Positions 9,285 to 19,189 of a DNA stretch of 64,000 nt are shown here, piece after piece. The notes under the pieces are model-generated. The model saw only the letters and a list, made by a program, of their open reading frames with translations, did not search any database and was not told where the DNA came from. Each line of letters opens with the position of its first letter. The stretch's first letter is position 1. A program made the translations under genes and the position numbers. This DNA comes from a virus, in IMG/VR virus record IMGVR_UViG_3300044800_000286. One strand, given 5' to 3'.

Positions 9285-10001
9285 TTACTCTTCGGATATG
9301 ACTTCGATATCGAATCCGACTTCCCGTGCGGCAGCACGTTCGCGCTCAAGGTAGCGTTCCCTCACTATCATAGTCCACATCTTGGATTCGGCCTGCCAAT
9401 GGTACCCTCGGGCCTTTGCTTTTTCCCGATCATTGTAACTGACAAGCGCCCTTATGGTAAGAACGGGGCTTTTTGCCGTTTCGACCACCTGATCGATGTT
9501 GTAGCAGTCCAAGATTTTCAGCATTGTAAGAGCATCAAATACGGCGCGGTGCGAAAACGGGTTCAAGAAACCGTGATCCGCCGCCATATAGATCAATCTG
9601 GTGCTGTTACGGGAAGAAATCTCAAGATCGCATTTGGTGTCGATGCGGAACTTGCTAGGCAACGGCAGATTGTGCCTTTTCGCCCAATGCTCTAGAAGGG
9701 GAAAGTCAAACCCAAAACCGTTGTGGGCGACTACCGTGTCCGCTTTGTCGAACCATGAAATGACCTGTTTGAGGGCGGCAGCTTCCGTTATGCCGTATTT
9801 GGCGCAAATCTCATAAGAAAGGCCGTTGCTTTCGGATGCGCCGGGTTCCCACGCTGCGTCAGGGCCCGGATCAACGAGATTTCCAAGAAGCTTTACGGGG
9901 CTGTGCAAATCCGTATCCCATAAAACCATGCCTATTTCAACGATTGATGCCGTGGCAACCTTGAGTCCGGTCGTTTCTGTGTCAATTCCGAGCAAAATCA
10001 C
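9285..10001 (-). CDS. DEDDh 3'-5' exonuclease (DnaQ-like)
   Basis: IDTETTG, VAHNGFGFD, HRAVFD; C-terminal KARGYHW domain. Confidence 0.9.
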   Translation of the reverse strand: MILLGIDTETTGLKVATASIVEIGMVLWDTDLHSPVKLLGNLVDPGPDAAWEPGASESNGLSYEICAKYGITEAAALKQVISWFDKADTVVAHNGFGFDFPLLEHWAKRHNLPLPSKFRIDTKCDLEISSRNSTRLIYMAADHGFLNPFSHRAVFDALTMLKILDCYNIDQVVETAKSPVLTIRALVSYNDREKAKARGYHWQAESKMWTMIVRERYLERERAAAREVGFDIEVISEE

Positions 10002-10241
10002 TTACTTGTCCTCAGTAGCGGCATCGGTTATCTGGACAAACACTGGACACTCGTACACCGGAGTGACCGTATTAAATTTCACGCGGTTCTCATAGGTGGC
10101 CTGCGCGATCGCGCAATTCTCCGGCGTGCCGGGCTTGAAGCTGCCGCACTTGAAGCACAGGCAATGATTGCGGTGCTGCCCCTTCAGTTCGGAGTCCACC
10201 CGGATGGTCGCTCCGTGATGCTCATGTTGTTCGAATGCCAT
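10002..10241 (-). CDS. small Cys/His-rich hypothetical protein
   Basis: AGGGG RBS; CLCFKC...C...C. Confidence 0.65.
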   Translation of the reverse strand: MAFEQHEHHGATIRVDSELKGQHRNHCLCFKCGSFKPGTPENCAIAQATYENRVKFNTVTPVYECPVFVQITDAATEDK

Positions 10242-10255
10242 AATCTATCCCCCTG

Positions 10256-10286
10256 AAAAACAGGGGGCTCCAGACTTCGAAGCCCC
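10256..10286 (-). terminator. intrinsic terminator after the SSB gene
   Basis: GGGGCUUC-loop-GGAGCCCC followed by CUGUUUUU. Confidence 0.65.
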
Positions 10287-10338
10287 CACTACTCTACCTA
10301 TTGGTGCATCTTTAACCGCTCTTAACGGTTAAAGTCCG

Positions 10339-11217
10339 TCACAATTCGTCCATGTTTTCAAGGGTTTTTTCTTCGCCCCCGGAGACGCCGCTCAACAGCG
10401 CCTTCCATTCGATCAGATTGAGCTTCTTGCCGAGCTTATAAATCAAAGCCTTGCCGTCGCGGAACCGCTCGCAGGCGGCCTCCACTTCCTTGACAAGCTC
10501 GGGGTTCTGGTGCCAGCGGGCCTTGTTCGACGCCCGGTTGAACTCATAGCCGAACGCACGGCCTTCCGCGTGCGTCATGATGATGTCGATGTCATACGGG
10601 GTCTGATCCTCGTCCGGCAGCTTCTTTATCTGCTTCATGTTGAAGCCGCTCAGGTCAACGTATCCGAGTTCCTGCTCGATGGGGGGAACGTGTCCGTCCG
10701 CGCCCTTGCTGTACTTCCCGGTCGTCGGGTCGGCGTTCGTGTAGACTAGCACTAACGCCACGATGTGGGTCGTGGAGTCCTCGGCAAGCTTGGTACAGCA
10801 CCAACCCTGCTCGTCAGAGCCCACGGGGATCAAACAACGGTATTTGCCTTTCTTGGCGTCCTTGCCCGTGCCGATCTCGACGAAGTGCGACTTGGCGCTC
10901 TTCATCTTGACCGACTTGATGAAGGCGATGCGGACAGCACGGCCCTTGTCGGGACGGATGCGGTTAAGCTGGCCGGGACGGCTGTACACCTTCTCGTCGT
11001 CAAAGTCCGTATCGTGGATGTCCGAGTCGTCCTCGGCCTTCGTTGCGACCTTCGGCATGTCGTCGTCGAAATCGTCCGCCACGGCTTGGCGCGGTTGCTG
11101 CTTGGGTTGATGCGCTTGTGCCGGGGCGGCTGCGGCTGCGGCGGCGGCGGGACGGGCGGCCGGGGCCGGGGTCTTCACATCATTCAACTCATCATCTTCA
11201 AACGTTTGCATTGCCAT
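10339..11217 (-). CDS. probable single-stranded DNA-binding protein (gp32-like)
   Basis: Acidic termini, H/C cluster, recombination-cluster context, strong RBS. Confidence 0.55.
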   Translation of the reverse strand: MAMQTFEDDELNDVKTPAPAARPAAAAAAAAPAQAHQPKQQPRQAVADDFDDDMPKVATKAEDDSDIHDTDFDDEKVYSRPGQLNRIRPDKGRAVRIAFIKSVKMKSAKSHFVEIGTGKDAKKGKYRCLIPVGSDEQGWCCTKLAEDSTTHIVALVLVYTNADPTTGKYSKGADGHVPPIEQELGYVDLSGFNMKQIKKLPDEDQTPYDIDIIMTHAEGRAFGYEFNRASNKARWHQNPELVKEVEAACERFRDGKALIYKLGKKLNLIEWKALLSGVSGGEEKTLENMDEL

Positions 11218-11220
11218 GTG

Positions 11221-11583
11221 CTATTTTTCTCCTGTTTGTTCCAAACTACTACTACTTGATACTGTTTTTTCTACTACTTCCCGTTGACGAAGAGGACCAA
11301 GGGTAACAAACTTAACCTTGCGCTTGCTTTTAGTGAGTTTTATCTCACCCGTAAACGGAATTTTCCTCAGTATGCCGGGTTTGTGCCGGATTGTGAATTT
11401 CCCGAAGCGATTCAGCTTCAGGGTGAACTTGTCCTTGGCGAGATTGTTGAGAAGAACCTCTTCGAGGGAAGAAATCACCGTGTCGATGGTTTTCTCGGCT
11501 TCCTTCTTCGTCCCCAGATTGAGGGCGCGCTGGACAATGGATGTAAGCTCATCGCGTCCGGCTTTCGATTTACCTGTGGGCAT
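11221..11583 (-). CDS. HU/IHF-family DNA-binding protein
   Basis: TKKEAEKTID...FGKFTIR...KIPFTGE...KVKF signature. Confidence 0.85.
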   Translation of the reverse strand: MPTGKSKAGRDELTSIVQRALNLGTKKEAEKTIDTVISSLEEVLLNNLAKDKFTLKLNRFGKFTIRHKPGILRKIPFTGEIKLTKSKRKVKFVTLGPLRQREVVEKTVSSSSSLEQTGEK

Positions 11584-11635
11584 CTGATTACCTCTACGTG
11601 GGAATAATACTGATTGTCGAAGAATATCGACAAAA

Positions 11636-12430
11636 CTACTGGCGCTCCCAAATTCTTGCGATCCTTAACGCGCAGACGTACGGGTCGGTCTTGTGCTCCC
11701 TCCAAGCGGAAAGCGCGGAAACGCTCTCGAAGACCCGGCTCTTGGGCAGGACCAGGGACGACAGATACTTGAATTCGCTGGGCCTCGGCGTGCGGCCCGT
11801 CTTGCGGAACCCCTTGTCGTCGTTCTCCGCGGCGAAAACATACTCCACCAAAGTCCAATAAAGGGTGTTAAGGCGATAGACCGGGTCTTCGTCCTGCGGA
11901 AGCCATGCGATGTAATTCTCCCATGGGCTGGGCCATGTCCTGCGCTCCGGCGTCGGCCCGGTCAATAGCCATGCCGCCTGCCAGACTCCGGCCTTGATGT
12001 CGTACAGGCTTTTCGCCACCTCTGCCGCCACGTAGTCGATTGTTCGCCTCGAAGGCTTGGGCATGTCCATAAGCTGGCACGCCTTCCGCACGATGGCGTT
12101 GGCCCCGGCGCTGCCTTTCTCGATGATGTCGAGGGACCAGATGCCGACCTGCGGACGGACGTTCGGCGAAAGGTCGATCTGGCTGCTGCGGTCCACCCGG
12201 TAGAGCTTGGGCTCTTCCTTCCCGAGGATGTGGCTATCGTTGAGGGTCTCCACCGGCTCGCAGGCTATCTTGGCACGGTGGTGCACGGAAAGGAATTGCT
12301 CGGCGAAGCGCATCTGCATGGCGTCCTCGCCGATCAAAACATTGTGCTTTTTGGGCGTCTTCTCCAAGAGGAGCGGCGTCGTGGGATACTCCGTCGCGCG
12401 GATGCCGGGTCTGAGCTTCTTGTTCCCCAT
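11636..12430 (-). CDS. hypothetical protein (possibly clamp-loader delta-like)
   Basis: Continuous ORF in the replication cluster; function is a guess. Confidence 0.6.
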   Translation of the reverse strand: MGNKKLRPGIRATEYPTTPLLLEKTPKKHNVLIGEDAMQMRFAEQFLSVHHRAKIACEPVETLNDSHILGKEEPKLYRVDRSSQIDLSPNVRPQVGIWSLDIIEKGSAGANAIVRKACQLMDMPKPSRRTIDYVAAEVAKSLYDIKAGVWQAAWLLTGPTPERRTWPSPWENYIAWLPQDEDPVYRLNTLYWTLVEYVFAAENDDKGFRKTGRTPRPSEFKYLSSLVLPKSRVFESVSALSAWREHKTDPYVCALRIARIWERQ

Positions 12431-12445
12431 AAGGGGAAATACTGC

Positions 12446-12751
12446 TTAGGGCTTCAATTTTGCGAGTTCGGCCTTGATGTCGGCTTCGATCTTTGCGGCT
12501 TCGGCCTTCACCTTGACCTCAACTGCGGAGGCATCGGCTTCCAGTTCGGCGACTTCGGCCTTGGCCTTGCCTTCGAGCGTGGCGAACACCGCCTTGGCAT
12601 AGGCCAACTCGACGCCCACATCAGCCTTGATCTTCGTCGCTTCGGCGGTCACGACGGTGGCGACTTTCGATTCGATGGCCGCGAAGGCGGCCTCAAGCTT
12701 GACGATCTCGGCTTCTAGAAATGTTGATGCGATGAAACTCTTGAATGACAT
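12446..12751 (-). CDS. small Ala/Glu/Lys-rich helical protein
   Basis: GGGAG RBS; coding-like codon bias. Confidence 0.7.
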   Translation of the reverse strand: MSFKSFIASTFLEAEIVKLEAAFAAIESKVATVVTAEATKIKADVGVELAYAKAVFATLEGKAKAEVAELEADASAVEVKVKAEAAKIEADIKAELAKLKP

Positions 12752-12815
12752 AAATGTCTCCCTGTTTAGGTGAAGCGTAGTCTGGACTATCCACCCAGCC
12801 CCTAATACTGCAATT

Positions 12816-13451
12816 TCAAAGTTCTGCCTTTTTCGATTGGAATTTCTCCTGGGCCTCGTTCATCTCGTCTATGAACCGGGCTGCGGACGCGAGATGCATC
12901 AGCACCCGCTTGCCCGCGGGCGTGAGGGCCGCCCCCTCCTTGCCTTGGGTCATGAGCCCGAACTGCGCGCTCACGGCGACAAAAGTCTCGGCCAACCCGG
13001 CCAGCGCCAGCCGGATACGCTCCGGCTGCCACGCGGAGATGTGCTCCGCCCTGAGTTCGCCGATCAGAAGCTCGACCAAGGATTTGTGCTCCGGCTGGTC
13101 CAACTCCTTCAGGAGCAGCAGGAATGCCCGGAGCAGCACCGGGGCGAACTCGGGCTGGAGCGTCCCCACTTCCTGCAAGATCAACCCGCCGACCAGCGCC
13201 GCCGTGCCGAACGTGGCCCCCCACTTGTAGACATTAGATAATTTTGGGTCGTCGGCGAACTCCGTGAGCGTGGGGTAGCTGGCGTACTTCGCCAGGAGTT
13301 TCTTCGCAGCGAGGATGTACTTCTCCGGCTCCCGGTTGCGCATCACCAGGGCCAGCATCTCGTTCTTCGCCACCCGCGTGCATGAACGTTGGATGAACAG
13401 GATTTTCTGGAGTTCGTCCGCGGATCGAATGGGGATGAGTTTCTTCTTCAT
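12816..13451 (-). CDS. hypothetical protein
   Basis: 211-aa ORF with GC3-rich codon use; ATGA coupling. Confidence 0.75.
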   Translation of the reverse strand: MKKKLIPIRSADELQKILFIQRSCTRVAKNEMLALVMRNREPEKYILAAKKLLAKYASYPTLTEFADDPKLSNVYKWGATFGTAALVGGLILQEVGTLQPEFAPVLLRAFLLLLKELDQPEHKSLVELLIGELRAEHISAWQPERIRLALAGLAETFVAVSAQFGLMTQGKEGAALTPAGKRVLMHLASAARFIDEMNEAQEKFQSKKAEL

Positions 13452-14133
13452 TTAGGCCTCACGCTAAAGATTCGCTTTTGGCGACGAAAAGCCCGTTGTC
13501 GGCAAGTAGAGCCACAAAATTTTGATCGATGAGCAGGGGTTAGATATGCCTTGTTGCAAGACTGACAGACCGTCCGTCTTTGAACGCGTGGCTTCCGTTT
13601 TTGCATATTGTAGGTTCCCGAACAGGACTTTGAACAAAACATCCTAGTCGAGTGCACAGCATTCCGGGTAACAAACTGCCGTCCACAAGTTGGGCAAATA
13701 CGTGAAGTATGGTCATTAATCCTAAGAGCGGCGGCTTTTTTCGCTATATGACTAGCGGTTTGTGGTTTTCCTTTGTGGGCCAACCCCAAGTTTTTCCTCC
13801 ACTCAACGGAGAACTTTTTCCACGGTTGCGGGGACCGCCGCCGTCGCCGCCTTCCGTCATATTATACCCCCGTTCACGATCCATGGCGCGGTACTTGGCG
13901 ATATAAAACCGTTCTTGATTGTTCAAATCCTGAACTGACGAAGCGTAGCTCGAAAGCGGATACACCCCAAAACTGCCAATCCCGTGCCTACGGAGGGCAT
14001 GATGGAAATAGGTCTGGCTGCCCTTTTGGGCCGCTTTAATGTGGCATCTCCATCGCCGTTGCAAACTATCGCCTTGGTGTTTGCCTACGTACACTTTTCC
14101 GTTGACAAAGTTAAAAACGATATAGATTAGCAC
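13448..14133 (-). pseudogene. GIY-YIG/NUMOD3 homing endonuclease split by a 1-nt frameshift
   Basis: MLIYIVFNFVNGKVYVGK...GYNMTEGGDG; adding one A to the A5 run at 13815-13819 restores GKKFSVEWRKNLGLAHKGK and joins the CxxC domain ORF 13448-13789. Confidence 0.75.
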
Positions 14134-14420
14134 GACTGTAGGACTCGCTTGATAAACAAGATGAGAGATGGCACTCCACGGAATGTCTCCCCAAAAAGGC
14201 CCTGAATCTCAACATAAAAAAAGGAGCCCGCATAAATATCCACAGCCCATTGCCGTCCGTTTGTGAACGCTTGGATGCGATAATTGATCACGCCCTTCTG
14301 CGACTCCCGCCAGCCGTGCTCCACGGCTTCCATGGGAAGCAAAGACAGGAGGGTGCGCCACACCAAGGCGATTTCCCGCAGCTTGGGCATCCGTCTCCGT
14401 TGTCGGTAGGAAAGGGCCAT
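14127..14420 (-). CDS. hypothetical protein
   Basis: ATG 6 nt after the GGGTATTA motif. Confidence 0.6.
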   Translation of the reverse strand: MALSYRQRRRMPKLREIALVWRTLLSLLPMEAVEHGWRESQKGVINYRIQAFTNGRQWAVDIYAGSFFYVEIQGLFGETFRGVPSLILFIKRVLQSC

Positions 14421-14435
14421 ACACTATAATACCCG

Positions 14436-14470
14436 AAAAAGGAACCGCCCCCGGTATGAGCGGGGGCGGC
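14436..14470 (-). terminator. intrinsic terminator
   Basis: CCGCCCCCG-loop-CGGGGGCGG followed by UUCCUUUUU. Confidence 0.7.
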
Positions 14471-14487
14471 GAGGCGGGGGCGGAAAC

Positions 14488-15185
14488 TTAGGCCCGTTCT
14501 TGGAATCGGTCAACGATGGGCGTGTTGCCGAACAGCGGCTTCTTGCCGCTGCGCGAGTCGGCGATCTGCCGTGCAAAGCTGCGGTAGTGCATGTCGTGAA
14601 TCTGCTTCTGGCTGCCGCGAAGTTCGCCGTCGGCGTAATAGCCTTCGGGGCAGTCGTTACGGAGTTCGGTGACGCGGCGCTCGATCTCGGCGTGGTCGGG
14701 GTTGCGGGGGCCGATTACAATGGTGGCGTCGGCGGCGGCGTTGGCTTCACGAGCCTTGTCGAGGCTGGCGTCGGTCGGCTTGCCGCCCATGGCGACTAGG
14801 ACGGTGTAAGCGGGGAACTTGTAACATTTGCCGGACGGGTTGGAAGCGAGCACTGGAGCCTTGCGTGCCCTAGTGTTGAGTCCGACGATCCTGTAGGTGG
14901 TGCTATTGTGCTGGAAGGTCTTGTCGAGCCACTCGGGTTTCAGGTCGTGCAGGTCGGCAAGCTCCGTGTAGGCGGCGCGCTCTTTGCTGATGGCCGTGCC
15001 GTCAGCGGACTTGGTTGCAAGTTTGAGATCGAAGGTGACGTAGGTAGTGCTGAATCGGGCGTTGCCGAGTTCGGCTGCGATGCCGTACTCAGCGGCGAAG
15101 GCTGCGAGAGGGGCTGCGAGAGCAGCTTCAAGTTTGGGCGCATCAGGTGGATGGTGGTGCGGTCGAACTGCTTTAAGGTGGCCAT
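14488..15185 (-). CDS. hypothetical phage protein requiring a -1 frameshift at C_CCA_AAC (15132-15138)
   Basis: MATLKQFDRTTIHLMRP in frame 0 joins the start-less -1 frame KLEAALAA...AEYGIAAELGNARF...GKCYKF. Confidence 0.6.
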
Positions 15186-15240
15186 GCCCCTAGTATACAC
15201 GGGCCGGGGGATTTTCACTGCTTCTAAGTTGTTGATTCTA

Positions 15241-15861
15241 TTACTGTTCGTTGGGATTATGCCAAGTCCCGTCCGCCCACGACGTAAACACTGCTACCGA
15301 GTTTTCGGCAACGGCGCTTTTGAAAACCTGCGACGCTTCCGAAAGGAGGCCGAGGAATTCCACATCGCCGGAGACCGGAGCGAAGAAGGCTATGAAGCTG
15401 GCCGTCGCCGTGCCATCGGAATCGGTAAGCGTCGCAGCGCCGATGCAGCGTTTGGCCGGATAGAAACGCAGGCCCAAGGTTACGGTAGTGCCGTTGCTGG
15501 TCTTGTAGCTGAACTCGGCGTAAAAGAGTCCACCGGAATCCACGGTGTCCCGCCCGACGAGGATGTAGCTGAAAGCGAACACCTGCGGTGCGCCGAGGTC
15601 CGCCACGGAGCCCTGCCCGGCATAAATCTTGTCGAAGACGATATCGATCTTGCCGTCCGTGACTTCGAGCGTCCCGCTCAAGCCGAGGCCAGTCCGCGTA
15701 TTGATGGCGGCGAGCCCGTAGCTTCCGGAGAATTCTTGCAGCATGGGCTTGGCTTGCTTGAGATCGGTGACGCGATTTGCCGAGACGGGATAGCGAGGGG
15801 CTTGGGCAAAGCAGGGAACCGCCAAGGCAGCCAGCAAGAGAAACGATGCGAGAAATTTCAT
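15241..15861 (-). CDS. secreted or periplasmic hypothetical protein
   Basis: Signal peptide MKFLASFLLLAALAVPCFA; GGAGG RBS. Confidence 0.75.
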   Translation of the reverse strand: MKFLASFLLLAALAVPCFAQAPRYPVSANRVTDLKQAKPMLQEFSGSYGLAAINTRTGLGLSGTLEVTDGKIDIVFDKIYAGQGSVADLGAPQVFAFSYILVGRDTVDSGGLFYAEFSYKTSNGTTVTLGLRFYPAKRCIGAATLTDSDGTATASFIAFFAPVSGDVEFLGLLSEASQVFKSAVAENSVAVFTSWADGTWHNPNEQ

Positions 15862-15944
15862 GTGGACCTCCGTAGTCCGTTTAGGGTAATACTCAGGAGG
15901 TCCGAAGTTGGAAAATCGGGAAGCCGTTAAAGAACAGCTTCATC

Positions 15945-18725
15945 CTACAACTTCTTCATGTCAATGATGGAGTCTACCCACCAACGCGACAGTTTTCTGC
16001 GGTTGCGGGCGAGAAAGCTGCGAAATCCAGCATCAAGAATCCAGATGTGGGCTTTATCTGTTTTTGAACGCACCACGCGGCCCGTCATTTGAATCAGCTT
16101 GAGACCCGCCAACCATTGATACCAGTCGGGGTCTTTTTGCATTCGGGCACGAATATAAGGTGTGAGGGGGGCGAAGGGGATTTTTACGACAATGCAGAAA
16201 CGTGCCAAGTCTTCTTTCAGGTCCAAGCCTTCCGACATTGAGGGCGAGAACAAAACTGTGGGGCTATCCATATCGGCATAATGCTGCTCCACGGCAGCCT
16301 CACGACTGCCTTTCACGCCACTGCTGTGCGTCAATACACGATCAGCTTGAGCGGTCGTGCCGAGATAATCCACAAGATACTTGTTGGTACGGAAGCTTTG
16401 GCAGTGCACTAGGCCCTTGTACTTGCCGTAGCGAGTCATAAGGGCTTCGACTTTCTTGGCCATCAGGGGCAGGGTCCTGTCGATGTTCTTGTAGCTCATG
16501 TCGCCCACTTCGTCGAAGAATATCGGGCGGTTCTCAACAGGAAACTCGCTGTCCATAGCGAGGACTTCCGCGTCGGCGGGGTCGATGCCGAGGTTGCGCA
16601 TAAAAGTTTCGAAGTCCAAAATCGTGGCTGACATAATTAAAATCTTGCTCGCCTTACAGAAGAGAATCTGATCGGCGAACAGCCGGGCGGTGAGCGGCTT
16701 GATAATGAGATCACCTGTGCCCCTCTTCTTGTTCTCGTCCCAATCACTGTAGGCGAACCATTCCTCCGGCTGCTCGGCGTTGGTAAACAGGGCGATGCGG
16801 CTTAGGAACTTGTCAGTAGCGTTGATCTTTTTGGCAACCTTGGATTTCTGCTCGCTATCTCCGGCGTCACGAGCCTTCTGGAGATCGGTACGATACTGGC
16901 GGTATTTTACCTGTGTGGCGGGGACGAAGATGTTATTGAGCCATTCGCACACGTGAGCGGTATCGCCCTCGTGGAAAAGCGGCAGCCGCCCCGCCTCGTG
17001 TTCGTCGCATTTCTTCTGCGTGATGTTGGTGTCGGTGAAGCCGAGGATCAAATCTTCCGTGCCGTGGGCTTCATCCAAAATCAATAATGTGCGGTCGGGA
17101 AGCTGGTGCGCTGTCGTGGTCTCAGCAAGATAGTATGCGAAATTCGTCACAGAGAGGGGGCTGCCGATGAAGCGGGCCTTGGCTGGCTTGTACCCGTGGC
17201 AGGTCTCGTGGTTGTGCATGTCCTCGAACACGAGGCTGGCGGACTCGCAGTCCATGTCGAACTCAGGGCAATAGTAATTCGCCTGACCCCGGAGTTCCAC
17301 GAGACCGTTCTTCTCAAAGTCACCCATCAATTGCTCCGTGAGGACTTTTTGCGGGGAGAGATAATACGCCCCCGGCTCATAAGCGCCATAAGTGGGAAGG
17401 GTCTTCGCATAGGAGCCAGCGGCGATGCCTATACCAGAATTATGTACTACTGTGAAATCGCCGAGAAGGAAGCGACCGTTGCCGTCTACAAAAAAGCCGA
17501 AATACTCGCCTCGCCCCGCTGGCAACACCTTGATGCCCGTGACAAGTGGGTCTTTCTTTTGTTGCCGAGGAGGACTCTGTTTACGTTGGAGAATAGACGG
17601 GATACTTTCAATCCCCACCCCAGAGGATACTGAAATTCTCCAATACTTTCCGACGACTGGACCGTCTTTGGCGTTTGTGCAAGTCTTCTTGCACGGTTTC
17701 ATATAAGCGGCAAAACCCAAGGAACGACAAAGATAGGCCACATCCTCGGCAAGTTGTTTGATTTTAAAAATAAACCCATACCCACCATGAACTATGTGAT
17801 GCCCATCAGAGTCAATAAGCCCAGCAAAAACACGCATGCGAGTCTCACGGGAATTACATTTATAAGATTGCGGGATATGCTTGTTGTTCAAAAGATCGAG
17901 ATCACGCAACATACTAAGCAGGGGATTTTTCTTGCGGCTTTTTGGATCACCGCCGCGCTCCCCGGTAGTTAATGAAAATGTGTAAGCGTTGTTATGAAAG
18001 TATGAGTTGACCTCCAACCCGAGAACGCTAGCGTAGCCGGACAAAAATCCACTGATCTCAACGTCCGAACTTGTAACTTCGGGGCGGTCACTTGTACCAT
18101 CACCCAGCCACAACCCCAAAAAGTACGGATCAACAGTAGTGGGTTGCCACGGGAACGATACTTCCGTACGAAACCCCTTCAAAAGATGTTTCTGTGTCTT
18201 AGATAAAGAACGATAATCCTCCAACGGAATATCCGCAACCGTATTCGATACTGCTTTGATCCCTAACTTGCGAAATTGTGGCACTTGGGATTTAGTGTAA
18301 ATTCCCTTGGTCTTGGTACCCCCCGTGAATTTCAGGCTAAGAATGTGCTGGGAATTGACTGTGTATTTGTCCCCCTTGATCGGAACTACATCGTACATTT
18401 CATCAAAGCCGTGAGACAAAGAAAGTACTCGTCGGGGCGTCGAATCGTTGCCCATGAGCAAGTCCCCAATGCGTACATCTTGCACTTTTTTGATTGTACC
18501 GTCGTACATTAAAACAAGAGTATCAAGACAAAAACACTTGCCCCCTCCGGTCGGAATTTCAAGGATGCAAAACTTCTTTGGACCGAGCAGCCAATGACTT
18601 ACAAGCTTTAATGCTTGTTCCTGCACTGGACGAATCTCCTCAAATGGAAAATGATCCGTGATGGTGCGGGACATCTCGCGGGTCAGATTCACCGACGCTG
18701 GCGCTGCTGCGGTTTCTTCGCTCAT
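15945..18725 (-). CDS. DinG/XPD-like SF2 DNA helicase, intein-containing
   Basis: Q-motif IRPVQ, PTGGGK|S, DEAH, MSAT, EGLD, QMTGRVVRS; start moved to leaderless ATG 18725. Confidence 0.9.
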   Translation of the reverse strand: MSEETAAAPASVNLTREMSRTITDHFPFEEIRPVQEQALKLVSHWLLGPKKFCILEIPTGGGKCFCLDTLVLMYDGTIKKVQDVRIGDLLMGNDSTPRRVLSLSHGFDEMYDVVPIKGDKYTVNSQHILSLKFTGGTKTKGIYTKSQVPQFRKLGIKAVSNTVADIPLEDYRSLSKTQKHLLKGFRTEVSFPWQPTTVDPYFLGLWLGDGTSDRPEVTSSDVEISGFLSGYASVLGLEVNSYFHNNAYTFSLTTGERGGDPKSRKKNPLLSMLRDLDLLNNKHIPQSYKCNSRETRMRVFAGLIDSDGHHIVHGGYGFIFKIKQLAEDVAYLCRSLGFAAYMKPCKKTCTNAKDGPVVGKYWRISVSSGVGIESIPSILQRKQSPPRQQKKDPLVTGIKVLPAGRGEYFGFFVDGNGRFLLGDFTVVHNSGIGIAAGSYAKTLPTYGAYEPGAYYLSPQKVLTEQLMGDFEKNGLVELRGQANYYCPEFDMDCESASLVFEDMHNHETCHGYKPAKARFIGSPLSVTNFAYYLAETTTAHQLPDRTLLILDEAHGTEDLILGFTDTNITQKKCDEHEAGRLPLFHEGDTAHVCEWLNNIFVPATQVKYRQYRTDLQKARDAGDSEQKSKVAKKINATDKFLSRIALFTNAEQPEEWFAYSDWDENKKRGTGDLIIKPLTARLFADQILFCKASKILIMSATILDFETFMRNLGIDPADAEVLAMDSEFPVENRPIFFDEVGDMSYKNIDRTLPLMAKKVEALMTRYGKYKGLVHCQSFRTNKYLVDYLGTTAQADRVLTHSSGVKGSREAAVEQHYADMDSPTVLFSPSMSEGLDLKEDLARFCIVVKIPFAPLTPYIRARMQKDPDWYQWLAGLKLIQMTGRVVRSKTDKAHIWILDAGFRSFLARNRRKLSRWWVDSIIDMKKL
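17439..18536 (-). mobile_element. intein with LAGLIDADG homing endonuclease (366 aa) in the helicase Walker A
   Basis: K|CFCLDTLVLMYDG ... FLLGDFTVVHN|S; LGLWLGDG and FAGLIDSDG motifs. Confidence 0.92.
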
Positions 18726-18731
18726 GTCCTT

Positions 18732-18760
18732 AGTATACGGCAGACCGGGAGATTTTGCTA
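18732..18760 (-). promoter_or_regulatory. sigma70-like promoter TAGCAA-N17-TATACT (leaderless)
   Basis: Member of a repeated promoter family; ATG 6 nt after the -10. Confidence 0.65.
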
Positions 18761-18835
18761 CTTTTAAGCTGTTTAAAACAAACAACTTGCATGCATTTTA
18801 TGGCCGAAAAGTCACCAATTGCACATAGCCTAATA

Positions 18836-19180
18836 CTACTTCTTGGCGGAGTTCAAGTATGAAGTCAAGACGTTCTCATTGTTGACCCAGCAACGGGTGT
18901 GGTACCCAGCTTGAACGAGTTGCTGGACGGCGAATGCCCACACGGCAGGATGCCAGAAGTGAGAGACAAAGAATGCGGCTCCGATTTCAGCCACGATGAG
19001 GACGGCACCCGTCGCCCACATGCGGGCGGGAGTCGGATCGTCCGACCCGAAGAAGAACACCATGACGGGGTCGCTCTCGACCAGCTCGCCCTTGCTTTTT
19101 GTCAAGAAGTCTACAGTGCTCTTCCCGTCGAGGGCGGCACCGATGGCGAGCAAGGCTGATGTGATGAAAAGGGGGTCCAT
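18836..19180 (-). CDS. small membrane protein
   Basis: Two to three hydrophobic segments; GGGAG RBS. Confidence 0.7.
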   Translation of the reverse strand: MDPLFITSALLAIGAALDGKSTVDFLTKSKGELVESDPVMVFFFGSDDPTPARMWATGAVLIVAEIGAAFFVSHFWHPAVWAFAVQQLVQAGYHTRCWVNNENVLTSYLNSAKK

Positions 19181-19189
19181 GGTTCTCCC

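Noticed and set aside
14908-15930. 340-aa plus-strand ORF, and other long antisense ORFs (25646-26758, 34747-35961, 49792-51510, 59581-60798, 61946-63454)
   Set aside because: Shadow frames of GC3-rich genes on the opposite strand, with no motifs of their own.
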